DNA of 51,249 nucleotides, filler included, from Dimargaris cristalligena (Eukaryota), in NCBI GenBank assembly GCA_003614675.1. It is 3 parts of 3 records of this genome, joined end to end, with 100 filler letters (N's around TTAATTAATTAA, not from the genome) between each part and the next. Parts side by side here need not be neighbours in the genome. Positions count along the whole stretch, not along the records: positions 1 to 17,053 come from ML002822.1; 2 more parts are not named here. One strand, given 5' to 3'. How positions within the stretch are numbered: the stretch's first letter is position 1; the number at the start of each line of letters is the position of its first letter. This document shows positions 1 through 15,725 of the stretch, one piece after another. Made by a program: the position numbers and the translations under genes. A model generated the notes under the pieces. The model did not search any database. It worked only from the letters and a program-made list of their open reading frames with translations, and was not told the origin of the DNA.

Positions 1-617
1 TTTATATCCCCCGTTCTCCGTTTTGTTCCATTGATTACCCATCCCTCCGTTATCCCGCCATGACGACGCCCAACTCCGCCCCTGTCTCCTCCAACTCCGC
101 GAACCTCCCGTCTTCTACCACCAGGGAGCTGGCCGCTGCGACTTCTGGCCGGGTTGATAAAGAGGCAGTTGCCTCTACGCGAATTCCGAAGGCCGCTGGC
201 AATAGGCCGGACGCCCCGGGTAGTACACAACCCCAGCGATCATTGAGCCGTCAGGTTTATACAACCTGCTGATTGGATTCTTCATGGTGAATTTTGGATC
301 AGCAATGGTTACTCCCATACCCCAAATGGTCAAGGAGTGGGTTGTTTGAAGAGCTGAAGGACAGTAGACAGGACGAAACCACTGTGTTCGGCTAATCCTT
401 GGACTATAAAGCTATTGGTGGTTCTCAGGCACTCATTGCAAATGAATTTAGTTTTGCCAATGTCAGCATTTCCGTATTATTTTCCGATGATATATTTATA
501 CACGCCCTCCCTCCGACTTCTCTTATTGCTCACTTATCTATTTGCCTCACTCTTAGCTATTACCATTACCCTACACATTACCCCGCATTCTCTTGATATT
601 TACTTAGTTTACCCAAC

Positions 618-1208
618 ATGAAGTTTTCTACTACTACCATTGTCGCCGCCGTGCTTGTGCTGGCCTCCGCCATTCCCGCCCTGGCCGATTACATGCAAGA
701 ACAGCTCCAGTGCATTACAGGGAACAACTGCATTAACACGGAGGATTTCTGCATGGAGAAGTGTTTTAATATGAGCCAAACTCAATACAACGAGATGGCG
801 GTTTGCTACAATAACTGTGACGATGACAACTCGAGTACCTGCACCCAAGCCTGCGACGCCCAATTCGAGAAAATCGCCGGTTTGTCCATGAACGACCTGG
901 TTCATTTATCCAAGGCCGCCATGGAAATCTTTAGTGCGATCGAGGTGTCGTCCTCTGCCCTCCCCTCTCTGACTACCGCCAGTGCCAATGCTCCTTCATC
1001 ATCGGCCCATTCCAGCAGCTCGGTGGTGTCCAGCGTTAGTGCCAGCTCCAGCACCCATCCCTCTGCATCGAAAATGGGCAGTAGTGTCCCTTCGTCTAAC
1101 GAGTCGAGTGATAGCAGCGAAGATGACGAATCTAGTGGTGCAAAGGCTCTGGTCGTCATGCCCAGTACCCTGATTTCAGCAGCTCTTCTGACTTTTTATT
1201 TGCAGTAG
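618..1208 (+). CDS. Secreted, probably GPI-anchored, Cys-rich cell-surface protein (196 aa)
   Basis: Signal peptide MKFSTTTIVAAVLVLASAIPALA; 8-Cys domain (QCITGNNC...CMEKC...CYNNC...CTQAC); Ser-rich stalk; small residues ESSG followed by a hydrophobic C-terminal tail (LVVMPSTLISAALLTFYLQ). Confidence 0.85.
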   Translation: MKFSTTTIVAAVLVLASAIPALADYMQEQLQCITGNNCINTEDFCMEKCFNMSQTQYNEMAVCYNNCDDDNSSTCTQACDAQFEKIAGLSMNDLVHLSKAAMEIFSAIEVSSSALPSLTTASANAPSSSAHSSSSVVSSVSASSSTHPSASKMGSSVPSSNESSDSSEDDESSGAKALVVMPSTLISAALLTFYLQ

Positions 1209-4200
1209 CTAATACTGTATTGAATACAAGTACCCCTTTCGTCAAATGACCTGCTTCTGATTTTTATCGCATATTTGACATAGATTCGAGGAGTTATTTT
1301 CTACCTTGTTATCATGACCACCCCTAACACAATTCCTAATAAATATATACCTAATTGCTTAACCTATGGACCGACTAGACGCCCCATTTTTATAATATAT
1401 GAGAAGCTCGACCCAATTGTATAGGATAAAATCTATATAAGCGACCCAACCTATTCAAGTCACGTGATTTGAGTGGGACCGACAAAACCTTCCCTCCCCT
1501 ATGCCATCTTTCCAACGTCCATAATATAAGCCAAGAAGACCTGGCCTATATAGCAATGAGGAGGAGGAACCCAGAAAGGGCAGGGGTGTGTAACTGATAC
1601 TCAACTGAGTACCGGTATAGTAGGGGGGCTATATTCAAAACTATAATTTTACTGACACCTTATTACAGAGCAACAAAGGTGTCAGGTAAGAAAGTCACCA
1701 AGTTAGCTGGATCACAAAAAAAGTGACCAATGCTTATAAATGGGGTTGCTCAGTTTATTTACAGTGTCCCTAATACGTAGCGCAGGGTTTAACAAGTTCG
1801 GGGTGGTTTAAATATAATGCCTAGCTTGTAAATTAACGGTAGCCACCGAAACACAACCACGCTTGATCGTACGAGTCCAGAATGTATGGATTGTATTGTG
1901 CAGCCCAAAACGACTGGGGTAGGGAATAGAGTAGACGAGGGTATTGGACAGTTGGCCGGGGAAATGGATTAAGTTCTTTTTAAAAATCAGTTGTAAAAGA
2001 CTGGACTATAACACTATAATAGATATGCAGATACATTCCTGACTAATGGTGCAGTTAGACCATAGTTATCGTATTTTGGGTGTTTTTACTACAACACCTT
2101 TCCCAAGTGAACGGGCGAGTAGGTGGGTAGGTGGATGCCGTTCAGTAAACAAGTAACATTCGATAAAATGCAAGTTAATATATAAGTAGATTTACCTATT
2201 TATATCCGGCTAATAAGATCGGTTAGATACCGCTATCCCATTGTTCCCGGGGTGGCTCTTCCAATGCCTCTAATATGGAGATACCTTCCTGATATTAAAT
2301 ACTTTAAACAAGCCTGCGTCCTATAACCCGCTAGGTGGCCGACCCAGTACATTAACCCTGTAATATCCTAGTGCTATCGATGCAGTACAGGTAACTGGGA
2401 ACTGTGATCACAGACCAGTCTAACTTAATTATTAACTGATGATTCAATTTAATTACTTTCCCTGCCTCTCCGCGAAGTCCATTTTCTATTTCGGTATCGC
2501 ATCTCCTTCATACGATCGTAGAGCCATTAATTCGTATAGCGTTTACTTATTGGAAAACGTTGGTGTAGTAGTATAGCATATGGCGCCGTGCTCAATACCC
2601 AGTATATTCGTACCAGGGATACTTTAATACCGTGATATTTGTCGTGGGGTATCAATGTGGGAAATTAAAGACCCACCTTTATTAAGTCGCTGCTACCTAA
2701 CTACCCCGACTTTTCCAAAAAGAGATAGTAAGTCAATGTTCGCACATGTATTATCACCTACGCGATATCCGTATTCTCCATTCGTGAATAATAATTAGCT
2801 ATGCGCCCTATTTCGCAGCAGTGTCCTTAAATGTAATACGCATTTATTCCTAACCTGACCACATGTCCATTTCACTACATAATAAAGTGGTCGTTTCTAT
2901 GATTTATTCAATGGCTGGTTGACAGCTCGCTCGTATGTTACCATTCTGGTGGACACTGCCCATATCTGAACACCCCCCCCGCCTTCTCTATAGCCATCTT
3001 AAAATGGTTCCCTTACAAACATGTTTTGAGCGAGCCTAAGTATGTTTTTCCCAATCTTAGGTAATTCTTACGATTCCTAGGATTTTGACCTACAAAAGAC
3101 GATCAATGATGTATTTCTGGATCTAATAGACACATCCATTCCGGCGATTAACCAATGTTTAAACATATGTATTGATCCTATAAGTCAAATCCTTTGGAAA
3201 CAGAGACAATAACGCCCAGGTCGGCCCATGTTATTAACAATAGGTTGCCCAGGATAAATCGCAAAACCTATAACTACTCTCATTATTTAAAATCGTTGGG
3301 CTAATACTCCAGGTGCAGCCCCAACTCTGCCCATGTAAACCACTGGCGCAATTATAATATAACTATATTCCAGTAAATAATCTACATGTGACACTGTTAG
3401 CCAGGGCTACTACACGTCTCATGCAATACGCAAAAGCATTATGAAAATAGAATCCGTAGATTCAAAGGGGTCCGCTGGGAAATCCCGGTGAAAGACAGAG
3501 GGGAAGATGCATTTACATGATTTACTAGTGCTAATTCATTGGGAAGTACGCCCAATATGCAAAAATTTACATGCTGCTCCAGGGGTGTGGTTTGTAAGGC
3601 AACTCAGACGGCTATCACTGAGTATAGCAAATGTCAAAATTATTTAGCTGCTAAAAATCAAATGGTAGATAGAGTGTGATTGGGTGACGGGAATGCGAGG
3701 CAATAGCGCTCGTGAACCACCTATTTGAGATATGCGAGGCTTTAATTGAAGGCGGGGTATAATTCTTGATATCAGTGTCAAGCTTATATAAAACTCGTTT
3801 TCTAGTAAAGGGAGGCCTTCAACCGTACGCCTGGCCTCGTTGATTGACACTGTGGTGGAGGGGCCTTCCCCAGTTGCGGCAATGTCACCCATTTCAAGGA
3901 GTACTCCCAAGTGTGGGATTCTTTTTTTATCTCTCATGGTTGCCTCTTATTGGATATTGGATATGTTTTTGGATACAATATTCGAATATCAATACTAAAT
4001 AGCCCAACTCTTCCACTGTAGATTGTCTCCCCAGGGGCAATGTGAAAATCCCTCCGATTCTAGCTCATATTCTCATCTAATTCGTTCATCTACTGCCGTT
4101 TCTAGGCTAAATGCGACCTACCGCTCACTTGTGGCCAAGTGTAATCCCCTCTGGTGCCTGGCTATTATGATTATTACTATTATTTATTTCAGATATTAAG

Positions 4201-6905
4201 AAAATCATGGTGACGGTTATCACCCCATATCTTGACACGTTTGGGGGATGTTCCTATACCATGCGCCCGGTGTCACCATGGAGTGATGCGGAAGAGCTGA
4301 TTTGCCGTATGCTTATCATAATGTAAAATAGTAATGAAAACTAAAGATAGGAGGGCAGTCACTGGTAATCTAGAACCGGTCGCCCATTAAATTTGAATAT
4401 CAAAATAGCGTTTTATGGAACATTGACGTACGGGATCGTACAATTGATAATAAATACTGGGTATCCTGATCAGGCGATCGTGGAAAAGCTCACATTGGTT
4501 TTATCAAAAATCTATAGGGGTATACTGTTGGTGGCTTAATAGTCAAAAGTGGCCGATATTAGCAGCTCTGTGAGTTCCATCAAATGGACTGATCGACTTG
4601 CAATTGTGTTGATGGCCGAGGCGTTTTATGGGCTTATTAAATTCCCCCCCCCTGCTCCTCTTCGTTCAAATATTATAGTCTCTATCATCTCTTTTCTCAA
4701 CCCACATCAGCGTTTCCCCACCAGTCGAACTTTGATATTCCACATTTGTTAAGTCGCAGTGAATAATGGTCCACGGTTCTAGTTTAACATCAACCATCGC
4801 GACAAGGAAGGTATTCGTTCGCCAAAAGTGAGAATTCCCAGGGTGTTTATTGTGGTTCTTTGGTCCGGGGCTACCGGTTTGTCCCATTAGACCCCGTCAT
4901 TGGTGGGGAATAGCGTACTCGAGCCGCATATTGAACAGACACAGCGCGACTCCCGGTCCTTCGAAACTCCGACTAGGGATCTAATCCGCCGTCTCCCCCA
5001 TCTAGCCACCTCCCGCTCCCAGAGATCCATTAACTATCCCCGGCGACTACCGGTACTAGTCCTCCGAAGCCCACACGCTACATCTGCTGTAATCCCGCGT
5101 CCTCTCTCTTATGCAGCGATAACGTGTGCGACTGTTGAACCGGAACCTACACCTTTTATACCATGGCTCATATACTGGTGAATTTAGATATGGTCTACTA
5201 CGGACAAGATTACCATCCCCCCATTATATATATTTATATATAGCGCCTGTTGGCCATCGGACCGACTTTGATATTATAAACCTACATCCTCAATGTTAAT
5301 ATGATGCATGCCTTAGTTTTTTTGAAACTTGAAAGACTAATGTCCAAAAGGGATACTGTCAATCAATAAATTTATAGTGTAATGGAATAACTGATATCAC
5401 ATTTGTTGCATCACCTTAGGTTGTCCCTATAATGTCATCGGTTACGGCGAATCGAGTCGTCAGAGTGTCGGGCTCTATGGAATTGATGCATATTTTCTCA
5501 TCAAGGTTGGCGTTCTTTTCACCTCCATTTAACCTTATACGGTTAATTGACATGTTTAACAAACAAGATGATTGTAGCTAGTTCCTTTTTAGGGTATAGT
5601 TTCCGAGCTGCTTATGCTCAATTTAAAAGGCAAGGAAAATCAGCGATCGGCAGTATTTTTGCCGCTTTCGAGTTTATTATATTTCTCTATCATATGGGTG
5701 AAATGCGGCCCAGCCGTATAAGGTTTTAAATGATACATGTATGGGGTAATATATGGGAGATTTATTTTCAACCAGTAATATTCACTTCATCCAACGGATT
5801 TTTCGTTATACAGCTTGGTTGAACCTCTCCCATATTCTTTATCCATGCTTTATATATGTTGCCGTCAGGATCGGGACTCGTGGCGCCAGATTTGGGTATG
5901 CGACTGGGAATCATGGGCTCTGATACAGGGCGTATTGACATCGATGGGGGGCTTCTCTTGGCCGACAGAGGGAGGGATATTGGTCGGATAAGAAGGATCA
6001 AGAGATAGGTGGGACATTATTTCTACGATTCGATTGTTATTATCAATACAAATATATTACAATTGGTTTATCAATCGTAAAAGGAAAGAAATGGTGTACA
6101 CAGAACATCACAATCTGTTTTGAAGAGGACTCTTAAACCAGGGTCGCAAGACAACCGTTTAGATATGCCAAATTACATTATACATTTAAAATTAACGTCA
6201 TATAATCAGCATTGCACATGGTTAATAAACCAATTTTGAACGTAACGGTCGGGACATAGATTTTCCGAAATTTGGAAATATCCACAAAAAGTATCATAAC
6301 ATTTACCATCATTCAAATAATCGACAATCGTCGATTTATCATAGTATTCATCAGCTGAACTGATACCCGGATATTCAAAGCTAGTATGTGGCCGTTTCAC
6401 GACACTACATATGCGGAGATTTAACAGGTGAATAGTGGTTTGACGATGGAAGGGCGTAAGATTAAGATAGCACTATATCCGACTGAGAAGAATTGGTCCG
6501 AAATTCCCAGGATGACTTCTTTAATGTCCTTAATCTGAAAAGGCATTAGTGGCTGTCACTACAAAATGTCTTTAATACCATGCGGGTGAACACTAATCCC
6601 ATTGTTTATGACTTTAAATGATACGCATATAGTAATGGCGGGCAAATTCATAAACCATCAATACTTGTATCATTAATCGGGTTATCGGCTATTTATCTGG
6701 GTTGGGCATTTTTCATATTTAAGATATACAACGTTACCACTACACAACCGCCCTGCGTTAGCAACAGGTATATTAGATACACAAAATATAGTAAAAATTT
6801 TGAATAAAGAGGAAAAATTCCTCCGACCATGCTGTAGATATTAGGAAAGGGGTGACTGGGTAAAATGACCCATGTATCAGTTTTGGAGACGGGATAGTGG
6901 GGGAA

Positions 6906-8718
6906 TCATGATCGCTCCATATAGGGAGTGAGGTCCGACAAAGTCGGGTTTAGAAGCCGACGCCATGAGTCGCAGAATTTCGTCTGGGAAAACCGGTCAT
7001 GGGCCGAACGACGAGCCTCCTGGCGGATACTAAGGCGTTGTTCATCAGTGAGAACATCGAGGCAGTAATGGAGACATTCGGCGTACTCTTGTTCCGTGGT
7101 AGCCAAGAAACCGGAAGCTGGTTTAGAGGGGTGTGGTGAATCGGGCAGCGCGGGACTTCCTGAGGCTTTGGGGGAATCGAGGGCCTTGATCCCCGAGGGT
7201 TGTCCACTGAACAGCAGATGGGCTGGTTTGGTGGACACCACCGGGTAGGGTTGGATAATGTCCAATTTCGGACCGCCCGAGCAATGGGCAATGGAAAGCA
7301 AACCCGCTGCCTAGAAAATGCGAAGTCGACAAAGGGTACGTGCATAAGGAGGATATTCCCGTATTTCAGACAGTTAGTATAGATTAGTACTCAGTAGGAT
7401 AACATAAAGGAATACCAATTGTATAATTTCATGAACTAGCGCTATACGAGCCCAACCACCACAAACAGAGACAACAAAAGCACCTTACCATATATTCAAC
7501 GATACCGATGCCAAAGTGCTCTTCCCGCATGGTATGGATACCGATGGAGGCACGGGCCAGATGGTCCTTGAGTTCTGGGAAAGAGGCATTGATTACAAAA
7601 TGGACGGAATCGGCTATCCCGAGCTCATTGGCCAGGCGACGCAAGGCATTGATCCGATCCTCGTCCCCTTGGTTCCGACTGCTACCAAGTAGAATCAGCC
7701 GGGTATCTTCCGCTGCATCGGGATAGGTCCGACGGTAAAGGGCGAACGCCGTAATCTGCAGGACGTGGTTTTTTTCGGGGCGGAATTGGGCCACCGAGAT
7801 GATGACGCGTTGGCGGCCAGTGAGGGAGAAATCCTGGAAGGCTTGAATGTCGCAGGGTGGGCACACCGTGTGAGGGGATGGTGCCGCAGGCCAAATGGAC
7901 GCGATGTGATTGTGGGTCCAGGTGGAATTGACCATGACCACGTCCGCGTAGGAGCCCGCCCAGCCGTAGAGATGTGCAAATAGTCGGTAGTAAATCAATT
8001 TGGCGTGGGCTAACCCCCGGGTACGCAAGGAATGAAAGGTCGCGAGAACTCCACCAGGCCCAGTGCCTGCCTGCACAGGTAAGCGTTGCATCATATCCGT
8101 ACTGATCGTTGGATAGTGCACATAGGCTATTACCGGCACACCTGTAAGCCACTTGACCAAGGGGTACGTAAAGGCATAGCCCATGGTGTCGATAAACACA
8201 TCAGGGACAACTTGCTGAAGGGCCTCCCAGCCCAGACCCACGGAGCCGGCACTCTGGGCTACTAAGGTGCACCGCCGGTAATAGTCGTCGGCAACGAGGT
8301 ATCGGCGATTCAGAAATATAAACTCTATGCGGGATTCATCCAACGAAATGTCAAAGTGGGCCGCCACTCGCTCTAGGATTCCGTGCTTGGTGCACTGGGT
8401 ATCCCCGGTATACACGACGAATCGGAAATGGGGATACCGGTTCTGCATAGCCTCCAAAGCAGTCCAAAGCACCCGCTCCCCGCCGCCCCCGGCGTTACAG
8501 TATGGGTGAAAAAACCCAACCAAAGTGGGCGGTTGGGTTTCTTCGGGGTCGGGGCTGGTGTCCGTTGAAGCCGTCTCGGCGGTTAGCCGGTCGTGATAAT
8601 CGGCGGTGCAGTCACGGAGCTGGAAGCGGGCATAGCTAAAGGCCAGGTAGCCCAGTGGAATGGCACTTAGACACACATAGAGGAGCGCAATAAGAAGAGT
8701 CTGGCCGTCGACGAACAT
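6906..8718 (-). CDS. ALG11: GDP-Man:Man3GlcNAc2-PP-Dol alpha-1,2-mannosyltransferase (GT4); exons 8718-7489 and 7310-6906, ~544 aa
   Basis: N-terminal TM helix; motifs GFFHPYCNAGGGGERVLW, DTMGYAF, YVHYPTISTDM, AQFRPEKNH, EHFGIGIVEYM|AAGL..AHCSGGP; phase-0 GTAAGG...TAG intron. Confidence 0.96.
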
Positions 8719-9251
8719 GGCCGCTTTGAAGGGAGGAGAGGCCTATTGACTAGAATGGTCCGCACTAACGGGGAGGTTGGGGCAGCCGGAGTTGCCCGGA
8801 TGAGTCAATGTCGTGACTGGAGAAGTTAGCGGGGAATAAAAAAAACGGAAACGGGTAGTAAGTAAAGGGGGAAAAGAGTCGGCAAGGTTCCGAAGCAAAC
8901 GAACAGTTCCATGTTCTAATTAGCTCCAGCGCCTCCTACCTCTAGAGTGACTATCGAAGCCTGCGGTTGCTGGGAAGGGATAGTTACAAGCCCAATCGCC
9001 CACTAAGGTTGAAGAATGGACCACTTGCTGACTACTGATTACCCGTCAGCCAACCACCCCACCACAGCCCTACAGTTCATACGCAGCACCCAGGCCCCCC
9101 CATTCGCTCCTGCAGAAATCTCGAGTAGAGATAACGAGCTGGTAGTTCATAGTTATTCCTCACCTCCACCTTGCCTTCAATAAACCCACTTACTCGCCTT
9201 TATTTGGTTCCAGCCCCCCCATTCCTTCCTCGCTACCTAGCCTTATCACCC

Positions 9252-11459
9252 ATGCCGCTACTTCTTACTCACCTTCGCGTGACCCGCGTTGCTCTCCAGC
9301 GGAGACTCCCTTCCACCTTATTCTCGCGAGCCTCGTATGCCACTTCGTCCGGCGCCGGCCATATTGACAGTCTCGTCGTCCCCGTCCACCGCCATGACCC
9401 TTTGGACGCCCAGTTAAGCCGCCTTTTGCCTCGGGCTCTCGTGGATCAAATCACCCAACAGAACCAGGCCTCGGGTGGAAAGGCCAAGGCTGGTGAATGC
9501 ACCGTCGTCTATCCCCACTTGGGGACTGCCAATTCCACTGGCGTGGACTCGTCCTACCAAAACGTGACCCGGGTGGCCCTGGTGGGCCTTGGCCTATCCC
9601 CCGCCAACCGGCCCCAAACCTCTGACGAGCTCGCTGAAAAGATGCGCACGGCGGTAAGTAACCAGCGCTACTATGATTGATCCGAGCAGCACCTGGTGCT
9701 CCAGCGATTATGACAGGTAACTGTCCCTTTATATGATATTTTCCGACATCGGGCAATCGCCCCTCACTTTCCATGGATCTCTCCTACCCTGACATATGAT
9801 TCCATTTTATTAATTATCACCTCATTCCTCTATTTCCATCTATCCAACCCGAAAGGTTGCCGGTGGCGTCAAGTCCCTAAAGAAACAGGGTGGTCGCCGC
9901 ATTGGTGTAATTGCCCCCCAGGAGCAGAGCCGGGCCGCGGGCGAGGCGACCGCCTTGGCCCTGTTTGACCATACCTACGCCAAATCCAAGTCGACGAAGG
10001 ATAACGGAGACCAGTCGGGAGTGGCGGTTGTACCCGTCGCCTGTACCCCAGACTCTCCACTCACCCCTTCGACCCAAGCTACGCCTGCGTTCGACCAGGG
10101 CATGATCAGTGGGGAGGCCCAGAACCTAGCCCGCCGGTGGGCTGACACCCCGGCCAACCTCATGACCCCCACTAAATTCTGCGAAGAGGTCGTGCAGCAT
10201 TTGGGTTCCTTGAATCACATCACTATCCATGTCCGCGATCAGGCGTGGGCCGAAGCCCAGAAGATGGGTCTCTTTCTGGGCGTATCCCGGGGATCCGAGG
10301 AACCGCTGCGTTTCCTCGAAATTGAATACCGGGGCAATACCCAAAAGTCGGGTGTGGACATTGGCCTGGTTGGCAAAGGTGTGACATTCGATTCGGGCGG
10401 TATCGATATTAAGCCCTGGCAGGGTATGGAGGACATGAAGGGTGATATGGGTGGGGCGGCCTGCGTCGTGGCAACCATGTACGGCCTAGCTCGTCAGGGT
10501 GTGCCCGTTAATGCGACCTGTGTCGTACCCCTGTGTGAGAATATGCCCGATGGCCGGGCCGTCAAGCCGGGTGATGTGCTGACCGCCCGCAATGGTAAAA
10601 CCGTGGAAGTCCTCAACACCGACGCAGAAGGCCGGCTCATTTTGGCCGATGCCCTTCACTACATGTGCACTACGTACGATCCTCCCCGGGTGGTGGATGT
10701 AGCCACGCTGACGGGCGCCATGATGGTCGCCCTCGGATCTACCTACACCGGCGTGTTTACCAACTCGGACGCTCAGTGGGCGGCTTTGCACCAAGCCAGT
10801 ACTGCCACCCACGAGCTTCTCTGGCGGATGCCTATGCACCCGGAGTACCGCCAAGCTATATTGGGTTCCCGTATGGCTGATTTAGCCAATATCTCGGCCG
10901 GACGTGGTGCCGGGGCCAGTACCGCGGCGATGTTCCTGAATGAGTTTGTCCAGCCCGACGCGCCCGCTTCTTCATCATCTAAGGCCGAAGAGAGTCTCGA
11001 CTCGCTGATTACCCAGGAGAACCAGGACCACCGGGTGGAGTCTCAAGGCCAACCCCGTGAATATGCTCACATTGATATGGCCGGCAGTATGGATGACAAG
11101 AGTGACGAGGGTTATCACCACAAGGGCATGACCGGTAAGTACACTACTACAATCCTTCCATTGGTCATTGTATTTTCCCAGGCGTTTGGTTTGGGATTAG
11201 AACGCGATCTTTTCTATTCACATTTATGGGTATCTGATTAGGGGCGGTTTTATGGGTATTTTATAGACTGTTAGCATAGTTGCTATAATATGTGTATCCT
11301 GATTAATGGCCTTAGGAGAGCATATCTAACACCTATTTGATACTATTGGCCCTATTATATATTTTTGCACATTGTAATGCTATAACTATCTGATATCTAT
11401 CACTGACAGGTCGACCCACTCGAGCTCTTATTGAATACATCCGTGGTCTGACGGCTTAA
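9252..11459 (+). CDS. M17 leucyl aminopeptidase with probable mitochondrial presequence; exons 9252-9653, 9856-11134, 11410-11459, ~576 aa
   Basis: Intact metal and catalytic motifs VGKGVTFDSGG, MKGDMGG, NTDAEGRL, VATLTGA; C-terminal GMTG|RPTRALIE after splicing; Arg-rich, acid-free N-terminus. Confidence 0.94.
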
Positions 11460-12731
11460 AGGAATACCGTCGCATTTTTCTTTTTTGGAATCAGATATAT
11501 TTGGCTATATCGTGACGTACGGCGCGACATTCTACCATTTCCAACTTCCGCCTTAGGTTCACCTTTTTGAGTATCAGTGGGGGATTTGGACAGTCCTGCG
11601 TACGAGTAGCTCAAATACACTATACTGCGGCTATTTAATGCGAGCCAATATACGTCCTAGTTGAAATAATAAATATAAATATAGCAACATTATCTCTTGT
11701 AGAGCCGTTGTGTATACGATAAGTATATGGGTATAGTATGGCATTGTCGAAATCGAATAACAGCTAATTAACGCGTGTCCGGTACCTTGCCCATACCTGC
11801 TGATCAATGCTGGGCTCTATCTCCTCATGAAGTATATATGAGCACCTGGATGTTGCTGACATTATTTTTGAATTGGCTCACTCGCGACTATCTTCATGCC
11901 AACCACTGTAGCCACTTGCCCTTAACCTAAAACCCAATTAGAAGGTCCACCCGCAAATTCAATAACCTAACATTCGATCCTTGAGCAAGTAAGGATTAGT
12001 ATGTACCCGAGGAATGGGCCTGGAATATTACGCCCAGAGTCGGCTTAAAACCCCAAGAAATGTAGAGGCGGGGTATCTGTGGAAAGGCTAGGATATGCGT
12101 AGACCCATTAATAGGACCTGTCGGGAAAACTGACCAATGTCTAAAGGCTGGCATAGCATGCACAGACTATCTAGCTATAAAGGTTGGCAACTGCCATGCT
12201 CTCCCTCTCATACCTTGGGTATAGCCCGTTACATTGTAAGTATGGCAGATCACATGACCACAATGGGTTGTTATGGTTTTCGGATTGTTTACCAAAGAAT
12301 GTCAAGCCAATCCAAAAACAGAGCTGGCTTAGATTGACGGGAATCAATGGTCCCTGAATTTCTGAGTGGTGCTGTACTTTCCACTACAGTTTTCATAATG
12401 GGTTGGTTATTAAAATTGAGAGCTAGCTAATACCATCAACAAGGCCCTGCTCAGTCTGCGGTTCACCGACCACGCCCAGCTCCACGGCACACACTCTTTA
12501 CTTTTGGCCCGGTTCTTGTTATTGATTCCGCACTTTACACCTTAACCCACCACTCCATTTATTTTCTAAGCCGTCGTGTCCATTTGCACCTTGAAGTGGC
12601 GCTAGCTTACTATCGCCTCGTTTAAACTACCAACCCCTACTATACGGCTAACTATATTAGCATCGCCTCGCCAATCCTGCGCCCCTGTACATAACATACT
12701 CGTTCCGATTCCTTAACAAATTATCAGCAGC

Positions 12732-15532
<2,801 letters not shown>

Positions 15533-15700
15533 GTGTCCCTTTTTACTAATTGGCCGTTCACTATAAGTTTGACTAGAACACATCCATTATTCTAAATCTC
15601 ACTGTTTGTTTTATTTTATTGGCCCAGGTGGTGGTAGGTTTATACCCTGCATGGATTCTCAGTGATGTGGTTTAATCTTGTGTGCGCTTATCATAATCTG

Positions 15701-15725
15701 ATATATATATATATATATATATATA
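15701..15725. repeat. (AT)n microsatellite downstream of MCM3
   Basis: Perfect AT run read directly. Confidence 0.9.

Noticed and set aside
1652-1685. 10-bp inverted repeat CTGACACCTT/AAGGTGTCAG
   Set aside because: Isolated, with no target-site duplication or second copy; not distinguishable from chance.
6206-6400. 64-aa minus-strand ORF and other short ORFs in 1300-6800
   Set aside because: Mostly non-ATG starts, AT-rich composition, no recognisable motifs or consistent splice structure.
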